From contig OZ024747.1 of NCBI GenBank assembly GCA_964016885.1, positions 15,872,001-15,936,000 of the forward strand: a stretch of DNA of 64,000 bases, read 5' to 3'. Positions within the stretch are counted from its first letter, which is position 1; the number at the start of each line of letters is the position of its first letter. The position numbers and the translations under genes are program-made. Shown piece after piece: positions 1-14,062 of this stretch. This DNA comes from Eledone cirrhosa. Taxonomy: Eukaryota. The notes under the pieces are model-generated. The model had not been told where the DNA came from, ran no database searches, and was given only the letters and a program-made list of their open reading frames with translations.

Positions 1-1564
1 GCTTTAAAGGATTAACGAAACACTATTCAATCACGTTTCTGCACTCATAAAATTCGTTGTTTTTATTATCTGGAGAATAGCTTTTCCCTGCGTTTGTCGA
101 AGTATACTCTATTTTCAAAAGATTCCAGTTCAGCTCCAGTTATATAACATTGATGAATTTTAGGAAACGAGAGCCCCAAAAAATCTAGTACATAGTGCAT
201 ATCGTTTCGATGTCTATTGTGTCTAAGAGAGGGATGCTTCTTTTTCTCCCAAAATGTATATACTTTAAACCAGAAATAGAATTTATTAGCAGATATACAT
301 AGAGATTTTTATTTCCAATTCTTTCATCAATCAATGAATATAATGCTCCGAATTATTTTTCACGTGCCCAATGAAATAAAAGTTTATAAAAGGTATTGAC
401 TGTCAAAACTACTAGATATCTAACTTGTTGACTGTTCAACGCGCTATCTGATTCTGGTTGTTTTTCAATGCTGAAATTCGTAAATAAATATTGTGTTGCT
501 GTGTTCCGTCTTCCTGATAACGATTTTTCTGTTGCTTTTTGATTTCCCGGGCATTCTACAGTTTTAAAATAATATAACTTACTATATTTCTTTTGTCTTG
601 TTTTTCAGTGGACCTCTAAATGTCGTATGAATAGGATATAAGTATCTTTAGTTTCTCCTCTTTTATATATTTGTATCAGATACGTTTAATTTACACACGT
701 CTTTATATTTTATTTATCACCCCACTATTATGTTGTCGAATACCTCTTTCCCATTTCTTTACTAACTTTTATCATGTAAACATCCTTGTGTTTTGTTCTA
801 TCTATATGTGCGCATCTCCGTAGGTATATGCATTTTTTACGAATACACATGTTTTGTGTGTATGCATGTTTTTAGATATGTTTTTTTTACGTATAGTGAC
901 ATACATACTGACATCTCCTTACATGAACCGTTTGGGTAGAATTGTGCAAATTCTCTGAATATATATATATTTGGTTATCAATTAGAAACAACTCCCTGGG
1001 GTCATTTATTTCATTGGTCTTTTTGAGTTACTTCTATTAGCTAATTCTACTTTCAATTATGCAAATTAACAATAGCCATAAATCTAGTAGACACTTTTTC
1101 TATATTCAAGTATGTAAAAATCACATGATTGGCTATATTGAAGTGGTCCTTAAAAAGACGAAACCAGGCCTCCATAGTCCCTACAACTTTCAAACAAAGA
1201 CATTATCTTCGCTCTAGAATGCAAATTCACAGCGGTTTGTTCTAATTTTATATATATATTTTTTACTTATCTCCCTTTAACATGAGAGTCGATGGTAATT
1301 GGTTTCATATATTTTTTTCGTTCTTGGAAATGGTATGTCATTAAAATATGTTTAGTATTTGTGAATAATACATTTATTGTAGACGCTATATATTAGACCC
1401 TAACTTTAATTTAATTATCCAAATTCATACCAGTGTATCTTGACAATTATTTTCGTAGTTCGCTTTATTATACGATTACACAGGTCTACTCCTATAAACA
1501 CACACGCGCCGAATATAAATAGGAGTATGAGTGTGGGTGTGGATGCTGGTGTTTTTGTGTGCGA

Positions 1565-1639
<75 letters not shown>

Positions 1640-2348
1640 TGTGTGTGTGTCTGTGTGTGTGTCTGTGTGTATGTGTTTGTGTATATGTGTGTATGAGATT
1701 ATGTGTGCTTGTGTTTGTATGTTTGTGAGGAAATGTACAATAGAAATAAAGAAAGAATACGCGTGTATTATAAACGTTACAGATCACGATTCAAAGGTTT
1801 GACATCGGACTTATTCTAGCGCGGAAAAAATCGAAAACGCGAGACAACTGGCGCTTCTACTTGTGGGGAAGGCATGCTAACGTGGTTAATATGTAATGAA
1901 TGATAAATTGCTTTAAATCGACATTCGCAGAATTGACCAAAGAACTACAAGATCCACTGCCCAATCAAATTGTCTTCATTTTAAATGCAATGTATCGCCA
2001 CCACTCCACAGACTAATGATAACCGTATCATTGTTGGCGTTGACCTATCAAAGACTGACTGAACATCAAGTAGTTGATTATTTTTACGTCAAAATCTTCG
2101 AGTGTCCATCAGCAGATCTACAGACATCTTTCATGCTTTCCTCTTATATTATTTATTCTAGTTGTTCTCTAGATCCAAGTCATCAGCCCCTCACTTCCCT
2201 CTCGCATTATCACTTTCAGATTCTCTTTCAAAATCCATTCCCTAAGTTTGCATTTCATTCAGTATTTCTTTCTCTTTTCCACACACACACACACACACAC
2301 ACATACACTCAAGCCTGTCTCTTTCTCTTTTCCCCCACCACACACTGA

Positions 2349-2483
<135 letters not shown>

Positions 2484-2522
2484 TATATATATTATATATA
2501 TATTATATATATATGTATATAT

Positions 2523-2564
<42 letters not shown>

Positions 2565-2596
2565 AACATATATACTTATATATATATATATATAAA

Positions 2597-2648
<52 letters not shown>

Positions 2649-2653
2649 ATGTA

Positions 2654-2684
<31 letters not shown>

Positions 2685-3078
2685 ATACATATATATATAT
2701 ATATATACATAAATACGTAGGCAGATAGAGAGGTAGTTATACGTCCATTGTATCAATCAATTTCGTATTTTACTTAACTTCCAAACGGATGTGCTTATTC
2801 CTTATTCCTGTATTTCTTTGTTATTTTCATATTATTATATTGTGCGATTCTTTTCATTTCCTCTTCACTTTTGACCATTATCTCTTTCGTAAAATCTTTA
2901 CTTCTTGTTGGTGTTGTTGTTGTTCTTCGTCTTATTTCACTTACTTGGCGGTTGCTGCGTTTTTCTCATCGCCCATTCTCCAACAAATGCATCAAATTTT
3001 CTCGCTACAAAGTAAGCCATTATGTTCCTAATCACTTTAAATCTACAGTGTTACCGAAACATACGAAGCAATAAGTTT

Positions 3079-3123
<45 letters not shown>

Positions 3124-3126
3124 ACA

Positions 3127-3317
3127 TAACGAAGGAAATGTGGTAAGGAACCAGGTGGACCATAACGCACCAAAGTACTCAATACTTAGGGTAGTAGAGT
3201 GGGTAATAGGAACGAGTAGGACCCCGACGGCTGAGCTCAAGCCGTTTCGACGGCTAATTCTGGTCCAGAATTAGCCGTCCAAACGGCTTGTGCTCAGCCG
3301 TCGGGGTCCTACTCGTT

Positions 3318-3322
<5 letters not shown>
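3127..3322 (-). mobile_element. PLE-type terminus, family A: tailed copy on - strand plus inverted copy (58-bp hairpin arms), in (TA)n
   Basis: Arms 3206-3263 and 3265-3322 are reverse complements with 2 mismatches. Same sequence as 22345-22480 and 63045-63163. Contains the HHR 3' half GAAA-cggct..agccg-TC. Confidence 0.75.
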
Positions 3323-3396
<74 letters not shown>

Positions 3397-4589
3397 GTCT
3401 ACATGTATACGCACGTAGAGATTTATATATGTAAATGTATGTATACGAGAAGATAAATAAAATTTCGTTTGTGTATGCTCAAATCAAGTATTTTTTGTAT
3501 GTATGAATTATAATGTACTATTTGGATGACCATTGACCGTTGATCCGCCTTTTGCCGGGTCTTGTATTTCATCCCGCAGTGTGTCCAAATATTACCCTTC
3601 TCACGAAACAAGCTTGGTAGGGTTGCCGGTTTAGTGAAAGGACCTCAGTTGTTGTCATAACAACTTTCTAAGTGCGAGAGACTCTGAAAAAAATTAAAAA
3701 AAGCCTGCGGCTTTGGAAGCATCCGATGATGTTGACAAGTTCTCCTTTTCGGGTAGTGTTTTCGATGCTTAGAGTGTGGCGTTGGTCGATTGCAAGGCCT
3801 TACTTGTTCAGGAGATCAAGGCATTGCTTGTTCAGGATCTATTGCAAGCGATAGGTAATACTGTTAGCAGAATTTGCACCCATCATGAATTATAATATAT
3901 TTTGATATCTATTAATTCCCTTGGGAATTGTTTGACCAACTGCTTTGCTTAATAGTATTATTTGTTTTTTAATTTGTTTATCTTTCTCTAAGACATGGGA
4001 TGTTTTCTTTGAAAGCAAAGATTTTAGATAGGGCCCTAAATCACTTCCGTGGGTCCCCGAGGAGCCCCTTTGTTATCAGGCAAACTGACGACCTGGCCAG
4101 TCCGCCACTGTACACAAACAGACACACCCACACACACAGTGTATATATATATATACATGCATATATATATATATATAAACACACACACACCCACACACAC
4201 ACACACACACACACACAACCACACCCACATATATATATATATATATGTGTTTGTGTGCATTTAAATGAAAACAAAACAATCGGGACTGTTAATCATATAT
4301 TCAATTAACCGAGAAATATTTCGCCTAGGCTACGGGAAAACGTGCAATACGTTCCTGTAGACCAGCTCGTCAGGGCCTCTTACCTTACGTTGTACATACT
4401 ATTGGTCAGTACTGACCGCTGTAAATATGTCACGGTGACCTAGGTATGGTCTTCTGTCAATGGGAGATAACCACGCTTAGAATATAATTGACGAACAGTA
4501 ATCAAATATGTTAAGGTAACTTAAATATAGAAATAAAGATAAAATTAATGATCATTTAAATGAACCAACGATCTCCAAGCAGAAGCAAA

Positions 4590-5020
4590 TAATATCAAGC
4601 TCTTCACCAAGATCCTCCACAAATGTGCTCTTCCCACTATTAAAAGCGGACATGGCCCACAATAAGCCGGATTCATCACAAATCGATCTATCAGCCTCCA
4701 CATTTCTGACCTGCAGTATCGGTAGAGGGTCGGAGGCCATGCTTTCCAGCATAGTTACGTCCCTTTACGATCTGAGTTCAAATCCCGCCGAGGTTGACTT
4801 TGCCTTTCATCCTTACGGGGTCGTTAAAATAAAGTACCAGTAATGCACTGGGTAATTGCTGGCCTTGTGCCTAAAGTAGAAACAATTATTAAACGATCAT
4901 GGGAGTTCCACAGAAGTCATCACCTCTACGTCGTATTCGTCACCCTCAAGGTGGCTTTCGACACAGTATCCCTCTGGAAAATTCTCAAGCGCATCATACC
5001 AACAGGAATGCAGATTTTTC
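4590..5020 (+). pseudogene. Decayed non-LTR (RTE-like) reverse transcriptase fragment interrupted by a SINE
   Basis: Translates as ILHKCALPTIKSGHGPQ*AGFITNRS before the SINE and IIKRSWEF..HLYVVFVTLKVAFDTVSLWKILK after it, matching the QxGF and FVDLxxAFD RT motifs. Confidence 0.7.
4713..4890 (+). mobile_element. tRNA-derived SINE (young family), slightly 5'-truncated
   Basis: B-box gagttcaaatccc, central gcctttcatccttacggggtcg, tail ccttgtgcctaaagtagaaacaattatt. Near-identical to the other copies in the window. Confidence 0.9.
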
Positions 5021-5283
5021 TATTGTATGAGCTAACAACTTTACGTGGTACTCTTAAGTTACATCGTGTGAAACCACATTCGTTCAAAGAGCTGATGAAC
5101 TATATAAATGTTTGTGTGATCTTGTCTTGTCCATTTTCTTCCTTTTTCCTATCATTTCTGCGGGCCAACAGACTTCTTGCCGATGTTTTCTGTCCTTTGA
5201 GGTACATTTTACCGGACGCTGTCATTGACGGCATTTCGCTGTCTTAACAGTTTTTTTGCGTTTAATTCTCATTATTGTACGAA

Positions 5284-5470
5284 GGGCGGTGGATTGGCAG
5301 TATTGGAAGAGGGTCGGACGCCATGCTTTGACGTATAGAGTTACGGCCCTTGCCATTCTGAGTTCAAATCCCGCCGAGGTTAACTTTGCCTTTCATCCCT
5401 ACGGGGTCGATAAAATGAAGTACCAGTAATGCACTGGGTAATTGCTGGCCTTGTGCCTAACGTAGAAACA
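5284..5470 (+). mobile_element. tRNA-derived SINE, full length
   Basis: A-box-like tggcagtattgg and B-box. 13-bp TSD attattgtacgaa at 5271-5283 and 5471-5483. Confidence 0.92.
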
Positions 5471-5684
5471 ATTATTGTACGAATTCTAATACACGCGCGC
5501 TTCAAACGCGATCTTCGAGATAACTTTGTTTATATATATATACTTATATATATATATAATTCTGGCAATATTACGCAAATATGACCCTCCCCAAGTATAA
5601 CTATATATGTATATAAACAAAGTTATCTCGAACATCTATATATATATATCTCTATATATATATATATACACAAACACACACACA

Positions 5685-5766
<82 letters not shown>

Positions 5767-5830
5767 TGTGTGTGTGTCTGTGTGTGTCTGTGTGTGTGTT
5801 TGTGTGTGTATGTGTGTGTGTATATACATA

Positions 5831-5932
<102 letters not shown>

Positions 5933-5963
5933 AAGAATCAAAGAACTGCTCAAAACATTATTG

Positions 5964-6010
5964 TGCTTACAGCTGTTTCCTCCAAACCGAGGTTTGGATT
6001 CTTCGGAGCA
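5964..6010 (-). ncRNA. Type I hammerhead ribozyme motif (U4C variant)
   Basis: - strand: tgct CCGAAGA a-tccaaac ctcg gtttgga-g GAAA cagctg TA agca. Stems I and II pair and stem III is palindromic. Lies in an insert bounded by (TA)n. Confidence 0.7.
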
Positions 6011-6136
6011 ATTTATTAATGCATGGACAGTTATATGACCTCCTTTTCAGCCGAGAGACATACCAAATACATATTCAAACAATACTTACAACTGCTTAAG
6101 GTTTTGTATTTGCATAACCATAAATAGTATAACTAA

Positions 6137-6173
<37 letters not shown>

Positions 6174-6279
6174 TATATATATACGTATATGCATAATGTG
6201 TGTGTACCAATGTATATATGTTGGAGTATGTGTGTATATATATATATGTATCTATGTCTATATGTAGATATGTGTGCGG

Positions 6280-6330
<51 letters not shown>

Positions 6331-6970
6331 TGTATGTGTGTGTATACAGCATTGTATGTAGATCTTGAAGCATTTTGTAATCTTAGGCTTCGATTAGTAA
6401 TAAATAAGTCAGAAATACTGAATAACAAACAAACGGAGTTGGACAAATATTTTTCCCGAATTAATCTTTCTTGTGTGCAATAGCCTTTCGACATTTATAC
6501 ATTTAGGCGAGCCAGCAATGAGTATGACGAAAATGTAGTAGAACCATAACAAATAGAAAGAAGTAGAATGTAAAAATATATAGTAATTTACAATCATACA
6601 CTGAACCACCGAAAGAAATTTGTCACAGCTAATCCTCTTCACTATTAAAACAGTGTAAAATAAAAGGATAGAGTTGACTATGTACAATGGCAAAGAATGC
6701 CGATTTGACAAAGTAGGAAAATGGAAGACGAAAAGTAAAAAAAGAAAAATGGGTTCGAGAAAAGTTGAAGAAAATGTTTAGAAGAATGCAAAAGCTATAT
6801 TGCTATGAACGATGTTATTATTGATGAAAGTTTGTTAGCCGCATTACATGTGATTTCAGTGACTTTTGTGCGATTGAACTGGCCGGATACAGCGGAAGAA
6901 AGTAGAGGGCCAGTTTTCATTCGTGACATTGCTTAGTTTTTCTCTTATTGTTTCCATCTTTGCTTTCTCG

Positions 6971-7321
<351 letters not shown>

Positions 7322-8911
7322 CACACATTCGGTTTTCTAGCCATCAATTTAATTGGAGGTTTGAAGACAGGAAAGGGTTAGAAAGGCATTGATTCTTTCG
7401 ACAGCATGATGGTCATAAGTACCAAGGCAAGAGGGGTTTGATTGATGAGTGGTACTTAATAAAAAGACTGAAGAGGCCTCGGTCAAATGAGAAAATATCG
7501 GTAGAGTTAGTGTCGACGTTGGAAGAAATGATCACGGCCATGATAATGGGGAGGAACAAGCACAGCTTTATACTAGCGGTTATGGAGATGGTGGTGAAGG
7601 AAATATGAGGTGATGGTGAGAAAGGTAGGGATGGTGGTGCTGAAAGAGATAATGGTTTGTAGTGATGTGTTTTATGTTATTGCTATGAGTGATATATCCG
7701 TAGTGATGTAATATTGGCCGGTTTTAATATGTGAGAGATGTTTTACATGAGGATATGATAGTTTCATAATTCATAGTAACAATAAATAACATAATATTGC
7801 ATCAATAAATTTAGAAGAAAAAAAACCTCGTTGCTTTTTTTATAGTATTTTTGTTCATTTATTTCATTTTTATTTGTCGTTGGAAATAATTTTCGCAGGA
7901 GAAAAATACTACGAAAAAAATGATAATACAATCTATGAAAGAATATTTAGCCAATATTGATATACTTCATTTTTTAAATTTAAGAAACTCTTTATACAAA
8001 ATATAGAAGGATAAATATCTTCGATAAAATGAAGTTGTAGAAAAACATTCTTATATATTAAAATAGGAATAAGAACGAAAGAGCAATTAATTGTCAGTAA
8101 GTATAAGCAGAGCAGGAAAAAATAAAGAAAAGGTTTAGAACGTTGCAAAAGAAAGATTGGCCTCAACGATGTTATCATTGATGAAGGTTTGTTAGCCGCG
8201 TTACATGTGATTTCAGTGACTTGTGTACGATTGAACTCGAAAACAGTGGAAATCAAGAGGGAAACACAGAATAGTAGAGAATGATGATAGCAAGTATTGT
8301 GTAAGAGGAGATACTACGAAGATGGAAATTGAAAGACCAAATTCGAGAGAGATCTTGTGAATGAGAAAATAATGTGAAGATGGACGAAAAAAGGAGAAAA
8401 TTCTGGAGTGTAAAAGAAAATAAGATGATGAAAAGGGACAAATGAGGCAAATAAAGAGTGAACGAAGGTTGGTGGCGAGTAGTAGGGGTTGGTTGTCAAT
8501 AGTTCTCTCAAAACGAAGGATTAGTAAAAAGAAAAAAAAAAGTGTAGTGTAAAGGTGAGGGTGAAGTAGCGTTGTTCGGCTTGGGCATCAAATAAAGAAC
8601 GTAAAAAAAAGGTCATTTTTTTTTATTTAGATGAAAAAAACATCGTCTAGTGAATATAAAAGTGTATTCTTCAGTTTAGCCGGCAAAATATGCAAGATTA
8701 CATTTGCTCGTGCACAAAGCAAAGACTATCGAAGCCACCACTATGTTACTATGTCATTGACACACAATTCACTTCTGTCAATTCTACTTCTACTTCTCCA
8801 CTTTTCGTTTCATTATTTCTTTTCTTTTTTTTCCTTATCTTTTATTATCTTTTATTATCTTTTATTATCTGGCTACATTTTCTATGATTTATTTATTAAT
8901 TAATTTCCTTA

Positions 8912-9080
<169 letters not shown>

Positions 9081-9152
9081 TTATGTATGTCTATGTATAA
9101 ATATGTATACATAAATATATATATATATATATATAACATATATATATATATG

Positions 9153-9201
<49 letters not shown>

Positions 9202-9288
9202 ATGTGTGTGTGTGTGTGAGTGTGCATGCGTATGCATATATGCGTATGTATATATGCATACATATGTATATATATATATATATACACC

Positions 9289-9353
<65 letters not shown>

Positions 9354-9660
9354 CTTTCTCTGATGTAGTTGTTTTTATTGTTGTTATTGTCGTTGTTGTC
9401 GCCTTGCTTGCCTTTGATTTCTATTGAGCCCCATGAGCGTAGACTCGGCTAGTTTTTACACACTTACAGACACAAACACAGGCACGTGGACACAGCTACA
9501 CATGAAAAAGAAATTCCCTGCAAGCACGGACGTCTGCATACTGGTGAATAGCGCAGAACCGCAAAACACCACACAAGATCTCACACCCGCACGTATACGA
9601 TATATACATATATATATGTATATATATATATATATTTTATATATATATGTATATATATAT

Positions 9661-9744
<84 letters not shown>

Positions 9745-9868
9745 GTATGTATATATATATATACATATATATATTTATATATATACATTTTATATATATA
9801 TATATATACATTATATATATACATACATTATATATATATATAATGTGTATATATATATATATATATAA

Positions 9869-9917
<49 letters not shown>

Positions 9918-10318
9918 GCACAAAACACGCAGTAGATTACGTATTTGCTAGAGTCCAGCACATCTCACTCCTTCACACTCCTCAACCAAATGCAAGAATA
10001 TTGATAGCGAATCGACAATCCTTTTCTCTGTGTCGTTTACAAGATGCAGATTCACATTAAAACGAGCAATTAACGTTTACAGAATAGAAGCAAAAGCTTC
10101 GCTATCTTTCGTACTTCCATTACCCTCAACTCCTTACAACGCCAGAACCAAGCATAATGATCTCATTGAAAGGCTTTTAGGTAATGTTTGACTGTTTCAT
10201 TTGTGTGATTTCAATTTTTCCCAATTAGAATGTTCAGTGAAAACGATAATACGGGTGATAAAAGGGAAATATAAAATATCACTAGACAGAGAGAGATAGA
10301 TAGAGAGAGAGAGAGAGA

Positions 10319-10407
<89 letters not shown>

Positions 10408-10500
10408 CTGTATACGGACAGCTTGGGAATCAAGCACACATCTCGGGAATAAGACAAACACGCAGAAAACAATCTATCAATATATATATATATATAGTAG

Positions 10501-10594
10501 TAATTGTTTCTACTTTTGGCACAAGGCCAGCAATTACCAGTACATTACTGGTACTTTATTTTATCGACTCCGAAATGATGAAAGGCAAAGTTGA
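10501..10594 (-). mobile_element. SINE 3' half
   Basis: taattgtttctacttttggcacaaggccagcaatt...gatgaaaggcaaagttga. Confidence 0.85.
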
Positions 10595-10667
10595 TAGTAA
10601 TAATAATAAAATTGAAGACTAAAATCCAAAGAGGGCGTGATAAGGATAAATATATATCAAATATATA

Positions 10668-10812
10668 AGAACCCCCTAGAGCAAATATTTATTAAAATGA
10701 GAGATTAATGTTTAAGCAAAGAATCGCTGCTTTCACCCTTAACAGAAGATCCCGTTAAGGGTGAAAGCAGCGATTCTTTGCTTAAACTTTAATCTGTCAT
10801 TTTAATAAATAT
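10668..10812. mobile_element. PLE-type fold-back terminus with truncated HHR core
   Basis: Arms 10685-10743 and 10754-10812. + strand reads GAAGA tccc gttaa gggt GAAA gcag..ttgc TT. TA runs on both sides. Confidence 0.65.
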
Positions 10813-10995
10813 ATATATATAAAAATGAAAATAGAGAAATTAATGTAAGCAGGAAGCCTACAATAATTAGACATATAAGTGACTATAACATCAAGATGAA
10901 ACATTTTTAACGAAAGATATGGGATAAGTAATAAAAGCTTAATTCAATAAAATCAAGAAAAAATACTTAACCTTCAATTAGGGAAAACTACAAAT

Positions 10996-11064
10996 GCACT
11001 ATATAGTCTTTCACGAAACTTTTCAGTGTTGTTATTCACGTTTAGAATCGTTCTTCAGTAGTGC
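10996..11064 (-). ncRNA. Type I hammerhead ribozyme motif
   Basis: - strand: gcacta CTGAAGA acga...tcgt GAAA gacta TA tagtgc. Perfect 6-bp stem I, 4-bp stem II, minimal stem III. Confidence 0.7.
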
Positions 11065-11271
11065 TCAAAACATTAACTAAAAACACTGCTACAATGTGGG
11101 GGTGGAATTGAAAGCAGGCAAGCGAACATCGTGTAGAATTGAAATAACAATAGCACACGTGGACTCACGCTAGTGATGCCGAGATGAAACGAAAATCTGT
11201 TTATAAGAAACAGCAGTATATATATATAAATCTCATTTTAAATCTCATTTAACATTTTTTATCCATAACAT

Positions 11272-11338
11272 TTCTGTCTGATGACCGATCCAGACATATA
11301 TTAATATGTCTTGGATCCAGAAACCTTTGGTAATGGAG
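11272..11338 (+). ncRNA. Type I hammerhead ribozyme motif
   Basis: ttctgt CTGATGA cc-gatccagacatat..atatgtcttggatc-ca GAAA cc ttt gg TA atggag. Confidence 0.7.
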
Positions 11339-11709
11339 TAGTTATATTTTGTGTTGTTCACTAAGATAAAGTACAATACCCATATAGACGGAAAAAGTTG
11401 CCTGCAGCCGGTACAAGGAAACAATTTCCGGGCCTAGGAAGATATACTGATTGTGATTTATGTAGTAGATACTGACCACCTTTTTCTATGTTCAGAGGCC
11501 TTTTACCCGATGGTCTAAGCTATTATGTTATATCAATGATTGTGGTAACCGTTATCTTCTACATTTGATATTTCTATATTTTATGAGAATATATGGATGA
11601 ATAAAATGATATTATATTAGTAACTTTCTCCGTATTTTTGACTGAAGTATATACTCTTATATTTCCAAAGCGTATAAGCCACCAAACTGTGAAAAATAGA
11701 CATTTGTAT

Positions 11710-11777
11710 ACGTGGGAATCGAACCCACACCTCTTATTTTCGCAATGAGTGTGCTAGCCGGTTACTCCAGCTTTCCT
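11710..11777 (-). mobile_element. tRNA-like head (degenerate SINE or tRNA pseudogene)
   Basis: - strand tggagtaaccggctagc (A-box-like) and gtgggttcgattcccac (T-arm/B-box). No complete cloverleaf. Confidence 0.5.
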
Positions 11778-13599
11778 GTTTTTCTGCAATAAATTTAGAA
11801 TCTATAATTTAACAGGGAAATATAGTAAACATCAGGTGTTTATAAGATGTCGGTGGAATTGTAAAAATGAATTGAATTAGTACTTTTTCCGTATTTCGAC
11901 TTCAGAAAATAATCTAATCATAAATGGGCGTATGAACATCCAGAACGGAAGCAAATGTGCATCAACAAACGTGGGAAATGTAGGTGTTTTTTTATTGACT
12001 TCATCCTTGATTGTTCTTATATATTGGCAAACATATGCAATTGTTTTTGCTTTTACTATGAGATATATCGTATGACAAAACTTTACACCAATTGATATTT
12101 CCAGAAGCAAAACAATTCGAGTACATCACTAAATTAAATATAAAACTAACAACCATTGATATTATCGAATATCGCTTAGTTTTTCCCTTTTAATCAAATA
12201 TAATTTTATATCTTCAATTATCTTTTATTACGGTATTTAAGTTCAAAATTGACTGGCCAAAAATCCATATTGGTACACTACTGCCTCTGTTGACTTGCTT
12301 GATTTATTTTTCCTCTTTGCTATTGTTATTATTACTACCGTTAATATTATTGTTTTTTTATTTTTCAAACGTAAGTGTGTATTGCATAAAAAGCTTTCAT
12401 TTTGTTGGTAGGAAATACTGAGTAGATAATCGAAGAATCAGAAGCAAAGCAATCAATGTTTCACCTAAATAAATGAATGGAAAAGATGAAATGGTCAAAT
12501 CATATGGCCTACTTCTATAATCAACATAATTTTCAAATGAAAAGGCGAACGTGGTTCAGGTATCGGATAATTACCGCGCCATAATCTTCTCTTATTTACT
12601 CAGTCGTTCAATAGATTTTATTTCATCAGCGCCGGAAGCTAACGTTTAGAAATTGGACGCAATATATTATGACTTTTCCGTATATATAAATGTCTGTTTG
12701 TATGTATCTCCTTATATGCTTGCTTCAATATTCGCCTATTTGTATATATTTTCATTAAGAAACACAAAACAATATCTGAAGAAAGGAATAGGTGTGGTCG
12801 TTAATGCATTCAAAAATGATAATCGCGCCATCAAAGTTGTAACTGATACTCTTTCCTTCATTTTGTCTATTGTTAGATTTTTTCGGTATTTTTTAAGTTA
12901 TTTTTAAAAATGTATTTTATTTGTTGTAGATTTACCTTTTAATATTTTCAGATCTCGGTGAAACTTTTCTTTCATTGATTCTTATCATTTCGACAATTTC
13001 AAAGACAGTTAATAGCAGAACAACGCATCGGACAAAATTCACCGTAATATTTGTTCTGGCTCTTTATTTTCTGAGTTCAAACCCCAACGACATTAACTTT
13101 GAATTTCCTCCTTCAATCTTGATAAATATAGTACCAGTCCAGTATTTCATCGACGTTTACTCGCCACACAATATTGCTGCACTTGTAAATTGTATAAAGC
13201 ATTGCGTTTGGGGTATGTAATCCTGCGCTGAAGGAACATATCGATTTTGATGGGATTTTGTTTGTCATTTCTACTTTCTACTACTATTTGAAGGTTTCTT
13301 CTGTCGTGTAGAATCTATGAAAGTGTGAGTTGTGTTATTTTATTGGGTAAGGAATATGGCCTTATGTGATGTTTAATTGATATTATGTTTAGCAGTGTCT
13401 AGCTATGATTGTGCTGAGTATGTGATGTGTGATTTTGGGGGCATTAATGAATTACAACTATACAGAATATTAGTAATCGGTATTATATTGTCGAAAACCG
13501 CTTATATACTAGTGTATGTTATAATATTCTATTGGATGTCCACTGTATAAACTGTTTCCTGCGAATTGTATATTTTATAATATGCGTATTCTATAGAAA

Positions 13600-13900
13600 G
13601 AAATCATGACTCTTTGGGTTCGATTCCACTGCGTAACATCTTTGGCAACTAAGTTTATGATAACATCGGATCAACTGGAATCTTTTGAACGAAATTCGTA
13701 GACTATGAACACCCTTTCAGGTGGATTGTGGCTCTGATTCAAGTGTCAGGTCTTTGCTAGATATCTCAAAAGGATCCGTTTTGCTTAAAAATTCCGTTTA
13801 GGGTACACGTGTTTCTGGGATACTCAACCAGTTACTCGTTAATTCATGAACCGCTCTTTCAGTCTTTTGAACGACTGAATACCTCTCATCAAACTAATGT
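13600..13900 (+). mobile_element. Old SINE-like repeat of a second family; 3' part homologous to 46770-46900
   Basis: B-box gggttcgattccactgcg. aaattccgtttagggtacac matches aaatttccgttaagggcacac near 46780. Confidence 0.5.
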
Positions 13901-13955
13901 AGTATCCAATATAAAAGTCGTTATGCATGCATGTACTGACGTAAATATATATGTA

Positions 13956-14062
<107 letters not shown>

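Noticed and set aside
590-660. Polypyrimidine-cag splice acceptor (similar sites at about 12951 and about 28591)
   Set aside because: No convincing exon or donor follows, and such motifs are common in AT-rich DNA. A small host exon cannot be excluded without RNA-seq.
4335-4378. - strand CTGACGA with GAAcgt..acgTT
   Set aside because: GAAA is incomplete and there is no stem I partner.
11710-11777. Functional tRNA gene
   Set aside because: Only the T-arm and A-box are convincing. The acceptor stem does not pair.
12590-12632. - strand CTGATGA aata/tatt GAAC
   Set aside because: No stem I or UH geometry.
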